A stretch of DNA of 64,000 nucleotides, taken from contig CM052845.1 in NCBI GenBank assembly GCA_028534125.1, positions 24,366,001-24,430,000 on the forward strand, given 5' to 3'. The notes beneath the pieces were generated by a model. The model did no database searches and was not told where the DNA came from. It worked only from the letters and a program-made list of their open reading frames with translations. Positions 38,776-51,300 of this stretch are shown one piece after another (within the stretch, counting starts at the first letter, position 1; each line of letters starts with the position of its first letter). Origin of the DNA: Lama glama. Lineage: Eukaryota. The translations under genes and the position numbers were made by a program.

Positions 38776-40233
38776 CTCCGTGCTCTCGGGCTGTGCCGGG
38801 CCAGGTGCCGGAAAGTCACCTCCCCGGCGGATAGCAGCCTCCTGAGTCAGCCTCAAACCCTTGCCCCAAGAGAAGCGTGGCTGCAGGGAGCAGGCCCCCT
38901 TGCCCTGGAGCTGCCCCAGAAGACAGCTGTCACCACAGACCCAACGTGACGCTGAGAGTCTGTGACCGAGCATGCCGTGCGCGGAGACCAAGCCACGTTA
39001 GCCGGCCGTTCCTCTGGGCGCTTCGCAGAGTGAAACAAAAGTAGCATATGCTCCTTCAAGTGCGGCTTCACTCCTTCTAAACAGGCATGAAGATGATTTC
39101 CTTTGCCTGTTTCCAAGTAGAGAGAGGCTTGTTTAGACTGGCAGGTGGGAAATCAGTTTCTAACTCAGTCACAGTGGGTGATACACTGTCATTCTCAGGA
39201 CGATACCTGGCTTCGTAATTTTTAAATTGAAAAGCAAACTTTTTTGGTTCTCATTTCCTTTGAAAGAAATCACTGCTTTTCGCAAATGGACTCCTGTGAC
39301 TTTTAGAATTATTCTTTAAGCCAATCAGATGAGCCCCAGATTCACTGGCTGAAGATCTGTAAATTAAGAAAAATTCAAAAGGAAATAGAAATCAAACTTA
39401 TGGTCACACGGCCAGCAGCAAGCTGAGGCGGCAGCAGCAGGTCCCTCAGGCTGGCCAAGGGCCCACAGCCCCCGGAGGGTGAATTTTCTCAGTTACAGGT
39501 TCCTGATGATGTCACTTCGCCGTCTGACGTTGGATTTACCCAACGCTTTCCGTTTCTAACAGAAGCGTTTGCCCTGTTTCACGTAAGCAAGACTCTGTGT
39601 CAAACCATGATGGCCAAACATGGCACCAGCCTCACGGTGTCTGTGGCAGCAGAAAAATACAATTTCCACGTGACTTCACCTCGCACTGGGGAAAATCGGC
39701 TGTGACAGCAATTCGAGCTCCCCTGGAAGAAAGTGCATAATTGTCCTCAGCCGCCAAACCACTGTGAGCTGGGCCTGCCCAGAGAAGTCGGCTGTGTCAT
39801 GTCAAGTAATGGAGTGACGTGAAAAAAATGCGAATTAAAAAGCTTCTCCCTTCCTTAGATTTAGAGTTTTTGTCACAGAGGAGAAAAGGAGAGGCGTCAT
39901 TTCACACTCGTAGACACCTCTCCATCATGTTAACATCAGCCTTAATAATTAAGAATGATAATTATGTTAATAACATCCTAAACAATTAATCCATGATGAC
40001 CTGGAACAATTGTGCTCCCACCTAGAGCTCCCATAATGTTGATAAACAACTGTTTGTTTTTTTATTTCACCCCATCTTCTTTAGTTCTTGTGAGGACACT
40101 CTGAAGTCAAACATATGCTTAAAACATTTTTGTGGGAAGGGTCACCGTTACAGACAGGCAGGTGGTCACTCCAGCCGGGAGCGTCCGGTTACGTCTAACC
40201 TGGACATGCGCAGGGCGGAGGCGTGCACCCTAC

Positions 40234-40299
40234 CTAGGTCCTCCTCTGCCGGCCCCGGAAAGCTGATGCCCGACTGGGCCAGGTCCCCGCCCTCTTCCT
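40234..40299 (-). CDS. DLGAP2: DLGAP2 66-nt coding exon of the long N-terminal isoform, (E)EEGGDLAQSGISFPGPAEEDL(D); phase 1-1
   Basis: Too short for the ORF track; found by reading the minus strand: ttttctctctttgcag|AGGAAGAGGGC...GAGGACCTAG|gtaggg. The peptide matches recalled DLGAP2 EEEAGDLVQPGISFPGPAEEDLD and joins the next exon in frame (G|AC = Asp). Confidence 0.92.
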   Translation of the reverse strand, partial: RKRAGTWPSRASAFRGRQRRT

Positions 40300-43200
40300 C
40301 TGCAAAGAGAGAAAAAAGTCACTCTTCACTGTGTTTCTGGTGTGGCTCAGTCTCACAGTGCACCTCCCACACTCCCCACCACAGACATGCAGACGTGCGA
40401 GACGCTTTCCCTGTGGCCTGAACGCCCCTGCTGGGAGCTGGCGTTCTGGGCAGAAACCTCAGGAACCACCTTGTCTGAGAACAGTCCTGCGGCTGCAGGG
40501 GCACCTCTGCCCCACCCAGGCAGGGCGTGTACGCCGGTCTCGGCGGCTCCTCAGTTTGCTTCAGATTTATTAGACGTGGTCTGCGTTCAAACAGGACTCT
40601 GCACACTTGGCCCCACTCCTGCTGTCCAGCTGAACCCCGCGTGGGCCCAGCGCTGCCCCGGGACTTCTCGTGTCTAGAACGTCTTACGCTCTCTGAGGCC
40701 TCAGGCAGCAACATCCGAAGTCTGCAGTGGCTGCTCTAATCTTAGTACGAGCTCATCTTAGGTCGCTTTTGTCTGGGCCCTTCTCCTTCTGCTGGGAGAA
40801 CATTCCAGGTCACTGGCATTGATTTTCAGTTGCTCGGTCTGTGATGCCTGCAAACCCTGATACTGCTTCCTTAGGTCTGGGGGTCACCTCGCACCCGCCC
40901 TCCCTTCCCAGATGGGGCAAGGACGCCAAAGAGACAGAGGCCTGTGCTGTAAGTCCAGCTGGAGCTGGACACAGAGACATCTAGAAGCCTTCCGTCCTGG
41001 GCTGGGCTCGGCAAACCGGGCACCTTTCTCTGCAGGCTGCACTGCTGGGCGGTTTAGACCCACTGGATGCCCAGGGAGTGTCTGCCCCACACTGAGTGGA
41101 AAGCGGGAGTGCAGACAGCGGGTCTCCACGCGGAGACGGCAAGTTTCAGGTCAGTTTCAGATGCGTGTGGCATCTTCTGGGCACGCATCCTGTGAACATA
41201 ATCCTACATATATTAGCACATGCAGACTCCCGTGCCCTTATACGGCTTCCAACATTCTCAAACAGGCTTTGGGCAAACATTCCAGTAATCACATCCTTCT
41301 GGCAGCAGCAAACACAGTTAGCCATGTTACAGTCTGCAGAAGGATTTGCTTCAGGGCAGTGTGGTTGGCCTACTTACATTTGCAACATCTTCAACTCAGC
41401 AAATAGGCCTTGTCCACCCTCGGTAAGTTTACAGGATGTTAAGAAAGGGAGGTGGACGGTTTGGCAGTGACAGGGCCTGGGGAGGGATGCTCACTTCTCA
41501 GGCAAATTTGTGGTAGAATTTCATCTTTTGGGATCTCCCAGTTACTGCTTTAAAAATACATGTTACACATTTGTATGCCACAAGTGTCTGTCTGGACTGG
41601 GGTAGTTTACAAATGAGCTTATTTGAACCATTTCACCTAATTCAGCTGTGCCCCAGTGCTGGTGATTAAGAGCACTTTCTGCACATTCGAAGTCGTGCTT
41701 TCGTGCTCACGAGCTGTCCACCACAAAGTTGGCCGGCCAGACGACCACACTGAGAAGAACATAATGCAATTTGACACTCGGTGCTAATTAAATATGGTTG
41801 CCAGGGAGACGGCGTTCACGTGGCCAGTCTTGTTCACTTGAAGCCAGTCCTCACAAGGTGGCCTGGAACAGAACCAGGAGACGCCCAAGGCCTCTGGGAT
41901 GTCCGCTCCCACTCGCTCTCCTCAAACACGCAGACACGGGAGAAAGGACGAGGCTGGCGGCGGGAACGTGACGGTGAGCTGACGTCACAGTGTTGGACCA
42001 CAAGGACGGTGCGCAGCTGACACAGACACTCAGCACAGGAAGACACGGACAGGTGGACGGACGGACGGACGGACAGAGCCCAGAGCGAGCACCCTGCCCT
42101 TCACAAGAGGCAGGGCCTCGGGACACGGAGAACAACACTCCGACGGAGACACGCGGCCGTGCGAGGGTTGGCCCTGACCTTGAAGGAAGGACGTGATCCC
42201 TGCCGTCCCACCTCGGCTCTGCCCTTCATCAGGTCGGGGTGGAGTGGGCCCAGGAGGGGCTTCAGTCTGGCAGAACCTGTCAGCCGAGCACCCTGAGCAC
42301 GGGTCGAGGGTCAGCGACCCCCACGCTTCCGTGTCTGGTTTTCCCTGATCGGGTGCCATTCGAAGTGCATGTCAGTGTCATTAGTGGCTGCGATCCTCCC
42401 GCATCCGACAGCTTTGTCTCTTCAGCTCAGAGTTTCTGTTTCTGCCCTATTCCTGCCACGGCGCAGAGGGCACACAGGCAGGCCCGACGCCCTCGGTGTC
42501 TGAGCCGTGGGCCCGGGGAGGAGGCGGGCGGGGCACACGAGCGTGTCCTGCTCTGACAGCTCTCAGAGCATCGCCGCTCAGCGCAGGCGGCCCCACCGCC
42601 AGCTCCCAGACTCAGGGTACTCACTCTCCTGGTCTCTCTACCCCAGCTCGGACTAAGGAGAGGAGTGGCTGCCCGCCAGCGCTGACAGGCGAGCAGGGTG
42701 CTGGGAGCAGCCTGGCTGGGGTGCGAGGTGGCAGTTCAGTGCCACACGTGGATCTGGGCACTGTGAGCCCCGTCCTCACTGGCCTCCATCCCCACGGACC
42801 CAGCACAGCCGGAGGGCTGGGGCAGCCAGTGTGCGGCGGACACGTGTGACAAGCCACGCCGTAGGACCAAGAGCGCCTGCATCTGATGCCACATTCAAGT
42901 TCCCGCTGCAGTTTCTTCCCCAAACTGACACCTGCCACTGACTGAAGATGTCTGGAAACCACCCACTGACCCCTCTGCACGCACCTAGTGAGTCCTGGTC
43001 TTCACCAGGGAGACAGCCTTTTGCTGCCACGACCCCCATGGGACCCCTGACTGCACACAGGAGTTATAGTCCTCTCCAGATGAATTCACTTTATGGTTAA
43101 TTTTTTTATATGTCAAAACTCTATATTGACCCAGCCATAAGGTAACCACCTCTGGGTGAATCGTATGTAAAGAGGGCCCGCCTCTCACTCTGCATGGGCT

Positions 43201-43598
43201 CCCTGCTCCTCCCAAATGTGGCTGCAGCCGGAAAATCCGCATGCAGAGGGTCAAAGGCAGCTGGTGGAGCTGAGAGGGAGCTGATCCGCCACCAAGGGAA
43301 CGGGGGGCACGTACCTGAAATCACCTGCACACCCCAGACAGACGGCCACCCTGCACGCCGCACCTGGGAGCTTGTGAAGCTATCTGAGCGAACTGGTGAG
43401 AATGGGGAACAGAACACAGGCACTGCCATCACTCGGGGATGGCGGTTCTGCCTCCACTGGTCACGGGTGTGCGCACCACTCACATCCTGGGGGACAGGGC
43501 CAGCACTGGGGTTCCTCATGCTCAGTAGGGTCAGTACCCACACACATGTGCAGGTGGCTGTGGCACCAACATTGTGCAGTGACGACACTGGGGGCCAG

Positions 43599-43672
43599 AG
43601 AGGCCACTGTGTCACCAGGGGACTCAGTCAGGGGTGAGGACTGCAGAGGCCACTGTGTCACCGGGGGACTCA
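43599..43672. repeat. Two-copy direct repeat, period 46 nt
   Basis: agaggccactgtgtcaccRggggactca at 43599 and 43645. Confidence 0.85.
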
Positions 43673-44079
43673 CAGTCACAACACACCTGCTGGCTCCCTC
43701 TTCTCCCAGAGTTGGTGAGATGCTTCCACTGCGACCAAAGGGCCTGATTTAGAGGAAACACTGCACTGAACTTCCTCAACAGGGTTTCCTTGGACTGACA
43801 ATGAAATGAATTAAAATCCTCCAAATATAGAGGCAGAGTTCATGAGAGAAGTGATCGGGGGCAGCTGAGCTCCAGGCAGGCCCACCTGCCTGGAAGAATC
43901 CAGCTTCCTGCTTGTCAGGCAGCCCGAGGTCGGGCCGTGGTGGCCGAGCCCCGTCCGCACCGTCCAGGGTGCTTTGTGTGCACAGCTGACCTCACTTCAC
44001 GCCCGACCCTCCGCAGTTAGAAGGACTCAGCCCCCGGCCTGGTGGAAGCAGAAATCAAGCCCTTGGGAGGCGGTGGCTT

Positions 44080-45320
44080 CCTCAAGTCCCACAGGGGCAG
44101 ATTCCCGGGGCCGAGCCCGCCCCACGGGGGGCAGATTCCCGGGGCGGAGCCCGCCCTGACAGACGCCCCGGGCTCTCAGTCGTCTGGCGGCACCTGCACT
44201 GAACGGCGCTCGCTCCGCCAAGCGCTGACCTTGGGCGCCCACCGCAAGGCTCGGAGGAGACACGGGGGAAGCGCCCGCAGCCCTGCGGTTCACACCCTCC
44301 GCCGCACAAGCACAAACTGCACCTTTTGAGGAGGAGCTGCCTCTGAGCCGCGCCCACTTGGAAGCAACAACAAGGCAGCGACGGACGGGCCAGAAGGGAA
44401 AGCAAAGCTGACACAGGGACGGGGACGGCTGCGGGGAACACCGGCCTTCCCGGCGCGCAGGCGCACAGCGCCCATCACCTCACAGCCGCGAGGGAAAGCG
44501 GCAGCCGCGCCTCCCCCCGCGGGCGGCTCCGGACGGACGGACGGCGCTTCCCCTCACGCGCAGAGCCGCCCCCTCCCCCCCGGCTCCCTGCGGGCGGCCC
44601 TCCCCAACCGGCGGCCACGGGCCAGCGCGCGTGGGCGACAAGCCCACCGCCCCCACCACACCGTCATTTCCGGCGGTGCTGTTGAGTCGTGCGGCCCCAG
44701 TCTTCAAACGAAACACACGCAGAGCCCCAAGCGTGACACAGGACGGACGCTATCCCGATCCGGGAGAGCTGGCGTCAAGGCGCGGACGGGCTGCGGCGTC
44801 CGCTCCCCCGCCGCCGCGCAGCCCTCGAGGCCTCGCCGCAGACCCGGGCCCACAGGACATGCGGCGCCCGGGGACCCCAGGAGAGGAGCGGCGCTCACGC
44901 TGGGGCTGACGGGGCAGAAAGCGAGGCTTCTGCGACTGGATCTGGGTCCCCAAGACCCTCCATCGGTGCCACCCCGAGCAGCCGTGCCGCTGGGTCCGGC
45001 CGGGGCACCGTGCCTCTGACGGCCACTTCCTCTCTGTCCCTCTTCGCCCAAGCCCAGGGACCAGCCGGGCTCTCCCGCCCCCACCCCAGGCTCCACCCTC
45101 GGGGCTTCCTGGCCCTGCATCATCTGAGCCGCCTGGTCCCGCTGGCTTGGCGCTCCCTCCCACCTCTGACCCATCCGCCAGCTGAAGGATGTCGCTCGCC
45201 ATCGGCTCTTCAGAGGTGGAGTCACGAGCCGCGCAGCCGCGGACCCGCAACCCCCTCTGCAAGGGGCTCAGGGCGGAGGCCGGGAGCGGGGCGCTCTGCG
45301 CTCTGGGGAAGCCGCAGAGC
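44080..45320. promoter_or_regulatory. CpG island, candidate internal promoter or enhancer
   Basis: Dense CpG and GC-box-like motifs, non-coding, about 4 kb upstream (in transcript direction) of the 66-nt exon. Confidence 0.6.
44090..44156. repeat. Tandem duplication of a ~33-nt GC-rich unit
   Basis: cacaggggcagattcccggggccgagcccgccc followed by cacggggggcagattcccggggcggagcccgccc. Confidence 0.85.
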
Positions 45321-48300
45321 AGGCCTTCGGGTGGCCACTTTCAGGAGAAAAGTGTTTGAACCCAAACTCTTGTGTCTTCCCATACTTACAAAAGCACTAA
45401 AACCATTAACTGGGACGCTCCCTCCTCGTGATGACGCGTGCTTGGCTGCACGCTCCCTTTGCCAAAACCTGGTCATACACGTGGCCCTCCCCGCCGCCTG
45501 CTCCGAGCAGCTCCTCGGAGCCGCTGAGGGGGCGTCTGCCGGGCTGCGTCCTCAGTCCGTCCCCCAGACGACTGAACCCCGCGCTCACGTTGCACGTTCG
45601 TCCCGGGAGACACCTGCCAGCCCTCCCGCAGGGCCGAGCCTGCCACGTCCCGGTCCCAGCACGCGCCTCAGGCCTGGCGTTTCCTCTCGTCTGGAGAGAA
45701 CGTCCCGTTTCAGTCTCCCCGGGGAGCTCTCCTTTCAGCCGTCTATCTAAAGGAGGAGATGGGGTGCGGTCAAGTTAGAACCTCTGCTTGTGGAAATGCT
45801 TCCTGATCATGTGACTGCAGACAGCAAGCTCCCTGTGGGCACAAGGGACACAGGACACAGAGCTCACAGAGTGACCTGTGATGACCTCGCGCAGGGTGAC
45901 CGCAGGGCAGTGACCACGGGCATCTCCAGGGTGCGTGGCGTCCTGGCTCCAGGCGTGACACTTCTGGACGCACCCTGGAGATAATCCGTTAATTCAGTTC
46001 GTGGAAGGAGCGATCCACAAAGTTTGACGACCTGACAGTTTGCCCAGTTTCTAGCTTTTTCTTGTTCTTTAAAAGTTTACTTCGGCAAAAAGCGCTATAT
46101 TTCAGCCGTTCCCCTAATGACAGGATCTGAAGCTGCTTAAATTAAGGATTCATCTCTGCTCCACGAGGACAAAGACACTGATTAGCTGCAGGGTCCCCTC
46201 CTCCTCCGTTCCAGGCACAGCTGCGCCTCCAGCCGGCAGCCAGGCACCGCCGGAACTGTTACTAATGGCTTTTCTTTGAAACTCGTAAAAATGCTCATAA
46301 TTTTATTTTGGACCCAGGATCAAGTCTCAGCAGACGCTGCCCTGAAGTCTGCAGAATTTCCACTCTCAGTTGAATGTCACCTAAGTCAGGCTGAGAGGAG
46401 TCACGGGAGGCAGCCCCCTGGACACAGGGTGGGGACACAGGCTCCCAGAGCAGGTGGCAGCAGAAGCCCCGACCTCGGGTGTCGGCATCCTCCCCTGCTC
46501 ACCTGAAGCAGGGGAGGCGCCCCCATCCCTGGTCTGCCAGCTTTGAGGACCTTACCATGTGAAGTCAGCCACCACCCCGCATTCGAGCAAACCACAAAAT
46601 CATCTTCCAGAGACACCCACTTACAACAAAGAGCAACACGCACTTAACTCTGCATTTCTCTAGACTCGGGGAAAAAAATGTAAAAATGTGGAAGTAAAAG
46701 GCAGGCTTTCTCATTTAAATATCTGAAAGCTTCAAGATGAAACTGTATCTGTCTGCTGTTCAGCCTGAACACAATTCACTTCCAAAGTGACATTAATTAC
46801 TTTCTATAAAATGTGTCTGAAATCTAAATTCCAAATGAATGTAGGGTCAAATCTTTTGCACGACCATCGGGATTTAATGAGGTTTTACACTGAAGTTTGC
46901 CGGAAAACACGTCCACCATGTTTCAAATATAATTTTAAAGATGGAACAAAGGGCATTTTATGCAGCTCAGGAAGAGCTGGCCTTCGCAGCAGAAGTTACT
47001 GCTGCCTGGTCCCTCTGCTATGTGATCGTCTTGGAGATGAGAGATGGGCTGGAACGATGAAGAAACCAGACACACCCTTCGTCTCCGGCGGGGTTTGCTG
47101 CTGGTGCGTCAGACGTGCCTGGGTGGGGCGGCCACGTGAGGTCTGGGACGCCAGTCAGATCTGAATTTCAGATAAACAGCAGTCCTGCAGTCTGCCCCCA
47201 GCTGTGCATCTGACATCCAAACTTACACATGGCATTCTGTGCCTTGATTTGCTAAATCTGCCTCAGTACCCTGGGGGCATCCTTTGAGAAGGACGCAGGG
47301 GCTCCTGCCTCACTCCCCGAGTTTGTGGGTGGCCCGGGGTCAGTTCACCTCACTCCAGGGGCGACTCCTGCGCGCTGGGCTGAGAACGGCCGACTTCGCG
47401 GAATGAACAAGAGCAGTGTGTTAAAGGCCCCATCCCACCCTCCCCTCCCCCGACTAAGAGCAGGAGACCTGACCCTCCAGCGCCCACGGAGCCCGCGCGG
47501 CCCGCCAGCACCCCCGGGGGGCTGCGGCCTCGTCCCAGGACGAGGAGTGGGATTCTCCATCGGGAAGAACTCTGTCCCACTTTCTTTGTGATGCCAGCTG
47601 CTTTCCGAGGGGAGATCTTCAGGCATACCGATGTAATAAAAAGCCTCAACGTTCACTTGTAAAAACCCGAAAATCCTTTGTTTGCCATCTTGTCTTCATT
47701 TTCTGCAGTCGGGGAGTTTCTGGTGGCGCCTCCCTCCTGCACCCTGCAGAGGGACGCCCCCCACCCGGGGGACGGGTCTGACGAGGCAGGAGGGGTGGGA
47801 GCTCCAATTATTCTGTGCCTTTTCCTGGATTTTGTGCAAATGACTTGAGGGTAAGGAGTGACGTCCCGTTTTTCTTTCCCTTTTAAAAACTGGCAAGCGT
47901 TGGTTTTCAAATATCCAATTAAAGCAGAATGGTTAAATAAATTACGGAACAATCACAACACAGAATGCTAGAGAGTTTTTAACCATTTTAGAAATCCCCA
48001 ACGTGATGCTGAGTGAGAGAGCAACACGCAGACTCTGGCTACATTACAGTTCTCGTTTGCTCTGGAAAAATAGACTGGGGGCAGGTTACCCAGATGCCAA
48101 CGGTGACTGACTCCACCGGAGGAATTACGGCCACGTTTGATTTTCCTCTTTCTGCGCTTCCCAGGTTGGCTTCAACCAGCCAGCGTGCACTTTATAAGCA
48201 CCAAAGAGATGGCAGAAATACTCGGTCCAGCAGGGCCAGGATCGGTGTTTGCTTCCCTGTCGGGACTAGACGGCCGGGGGCAGGAGTGGCTCCGTCCCTG

Positions 48301-51300
48301 TTCTGCACGCGGCTTTCACTGCTCTTCCGTTTGCTGAAGCGGTGCAGCTAATCTGGGCTTAGGTGGCTGCGAGGACTAGGATCCGTCTTTGGAAAAGTGG
48401 GGAGGAAATGCCACTTTCACTGTCCACGATCCCAGTTCCTCTTTAAAACTCCTTTTCCTGCACAGAAATCTGGGCTCAGAAAATAAATGTGCTAAATTCA
48501 TTCCCACTCAAGTGCAAACAGAGGCCGTCAGCCTCTCCCCGTCAGCATTGGAGCCTGTCCCCCTGTGGCCACGTCTGGGGACTCTCCGCACCCAGGGGAC
48601 AGGCTTCCTGCGGGCACCGCGGAGCACAGCGTGGAGGGTCTGAGCCACCCAGCAGCCCCTCTGGGTGGCCGAGCCGAGAGCCCTGCAGGACATCCTGTGC
48701 TGGAACCTGCCTCATCACGGACTTGCCTACAACGATTGAGATTCCCCATGTAAAGCATCTTTCAGAAGGTGCGATGTTCACCTTTGCTATGCCACCAAAC
48801 CTAGTGCTTCCTGGGAAGGGACTTGAGGGGGAGGACCCGGGGACAGGTCCCGCTGGCCAGCCTGCTGGCTGTGCGTCAAGGATGCAGTCACACAGCCGTC
48901 CACACTCAGCCCCGAAACCCCACCCCCTCGCACGTCCAACCCACACCTGCCGACGGGTGCTGGGGCCGGCCTGGGACCCCGAGGGATCCAGGCCCTCGAA
49001 GGGCCACAGTCCAGCAAGAAAGTGACACGAAGCAGCGACCACGGGGCCTGGAGGGGAGTCCGGTCACAGGAGTTTGCAGGACCAGCACCCTCTGTGTGGC
49101 TCTGTGAGACGCTGGCACAGCAACTCTGTAGGACAGGTGGTCTAAAGGTACGCTTAGCTCTGCAGTGGAAGTGTGTTATGTTTAGTTGTTACCCAGACTT
49201 GAAAAAATCCAGTTACTGTACACAATTCACGACACAGACCTCTGTCTTAAAGCATTTCACGGCCAAAGTGTCACGTCCGCTCCTGTTTTCTAATGGAAGG
49301 AAGCGGGATTTGGCTTGTGCTGGACTGTTTCAGAGCCTGCGTCTCGTTCCAGACCCACCGTCGGTGCCCCGTGGCCATGAAGCTGAACTCGCTGCCCGCC
49401 CCAGGCCTGGCCGTCGCTCACTACCCCCCACCCACTCCTCCAGATATTAGCAAAAGTGAACCGCTCTTGTCAGAAACGATGATGATGAGGTGACCACTGT
49501 GCGTGGACAGCCCACACCCTGGCATCACCCTGCTTCTTTCAGACACCTCCCACGTCAGGTTTTCCCCCAGGAAACCAAACAAGCACAAGGATTCACGGCA
49601 GCCCCTGGATTGCAATTCATTTTAAAGCACTCGGATCGCAGGCTGATCCTGGTTTAACGAATCACGTAGTCCTTGCCCTAAACCCCAGACAGCAGTGGCC
49701 AGTCCAGGCTGCAGCAGCTTGGCCGCCCCAAAACAGCTGGTCTCCCGGGTCACCTGGTGACCTTCGGGGACAGGGGACGCTGACTGTTGCACCTGGTAGT
49801 GCTTCAGGAGACCAGCAGCTGCAGGAACGTGTGCATTTTAATGCCCTGTTTGTGACACAAATGCATGACTCTCAGCCGCTTGGCTTGCTGGCAGTGATCT
49901 TGCCTTCAGCAATTTGTGCTTTCTGTCATGAAAACCCTGGCAGCTTTATCCCATTTGGCAGGAAGCCCTTCACTCTTTTGAGTTGGAAGAGCCACAGTGC
50001 TGGATGGCGGGCACCGATGAGCAGCCCTGGGGCCGGGGGCTGAGGGGCATAGGGGCCCCTGTTCCTGAGGACAGCACCCGGCTGGCCTGGGAGATGCTGA
50101 GCAGACACCCCACCCCCTGAGGACCTTCCCCTCTCCAGGTGACCACTCTCAGAACTGCTGGGACATGATGGACTCCACCCATGTCACAGCGCCGCATCCT
50201 CTCTGAATCACAGTAAACAGACTTCCCCAGCTCTGAACTGAGCGTCCCCACCTGGTCCCACACACACTTTCTGGCTCCACCTGCCTCAACTCCCTACTTT
50301 CTGCAGACACCCTTCCGGGAGCACGTGGACCACGGCTCCTCTGCCCTCCCTTGAGGGCTGGCCTGCTCAGATCCAGGCAGAAGCGCTCCTAGCTGTATGC
50401 TTGGGGCAAGTAACTTAAGCCTGACGGGCCCCCCAAAGCCCCCAAATGAGGCCAACAGCAGGAAGTCCCAGGGTCATTTCACAGACGAGGTGAGAAAAGC
50501 CCACAGGACGCCCCTCAGCGAAGCATCTGGCACCAACACACCCTCATCCTCGGTTTCCTCCCTGGATGCCGACTTCTCCACAAAAACCCAAACAGCTCTT
50601 GGAAGATGCCACTCCTCTGTCACCTCCCTTCCAGCGTGAGGCCGAGCCACAGGAGGAGGCCTGGCCTGAGCAGGGGGCCTGGCAACGAGGGCCCACAGCG
50701 GGAGGGAGTCCGGAAGAACACAAAACAGCCGCGATCTTGAAGACAGGTGCCGTCTGCTTACTGATCTCCTGTGGCCCACCTGACCTTGTCCTCCGTCTGG
50801 GCCGGAGGCCACACCCACCCTTGGGCAGCTGGGCTCGGGCGTCTCCAGGGGGACCAGGAGGCACCGGCCCCAGGGAACCATCTTCCCACATACTGACCCA
50901 GGGGCGCGGCCTCCTCCCGACCTCATCAGTCATCTCTACTGCAGAAACGTTCACGGCCTGAACGTCCTGCTGGAAACAAGCCTGTTCCACTTCCCGGTCC
51001 CGCACAGAGCACCGTGGCCGTTCCACTCTAAACGGCTCCCCACGAGCCTGCAGAACGCACGGCATCTGAGTGATGGCCAAGTCCTGCCTGTGCTCTGGGT
51101 GGGAAAGCTAGACAAAAGCCTGCAACTCGTCAACCGTGTTTACAGTGCAGAGCAGGTCTGGCCAGTCAACCCGCTCTAAATTACACTCAAAAGCGTGTCA
51201 TAATTACCTGGCAAGACAAGAGGAAAGGAAGACAGAAACCATCTTTTTTAAACAGAAAAATGACAGGGTGGCTGCATTAAAACCATCCCCATTTCCTGGC

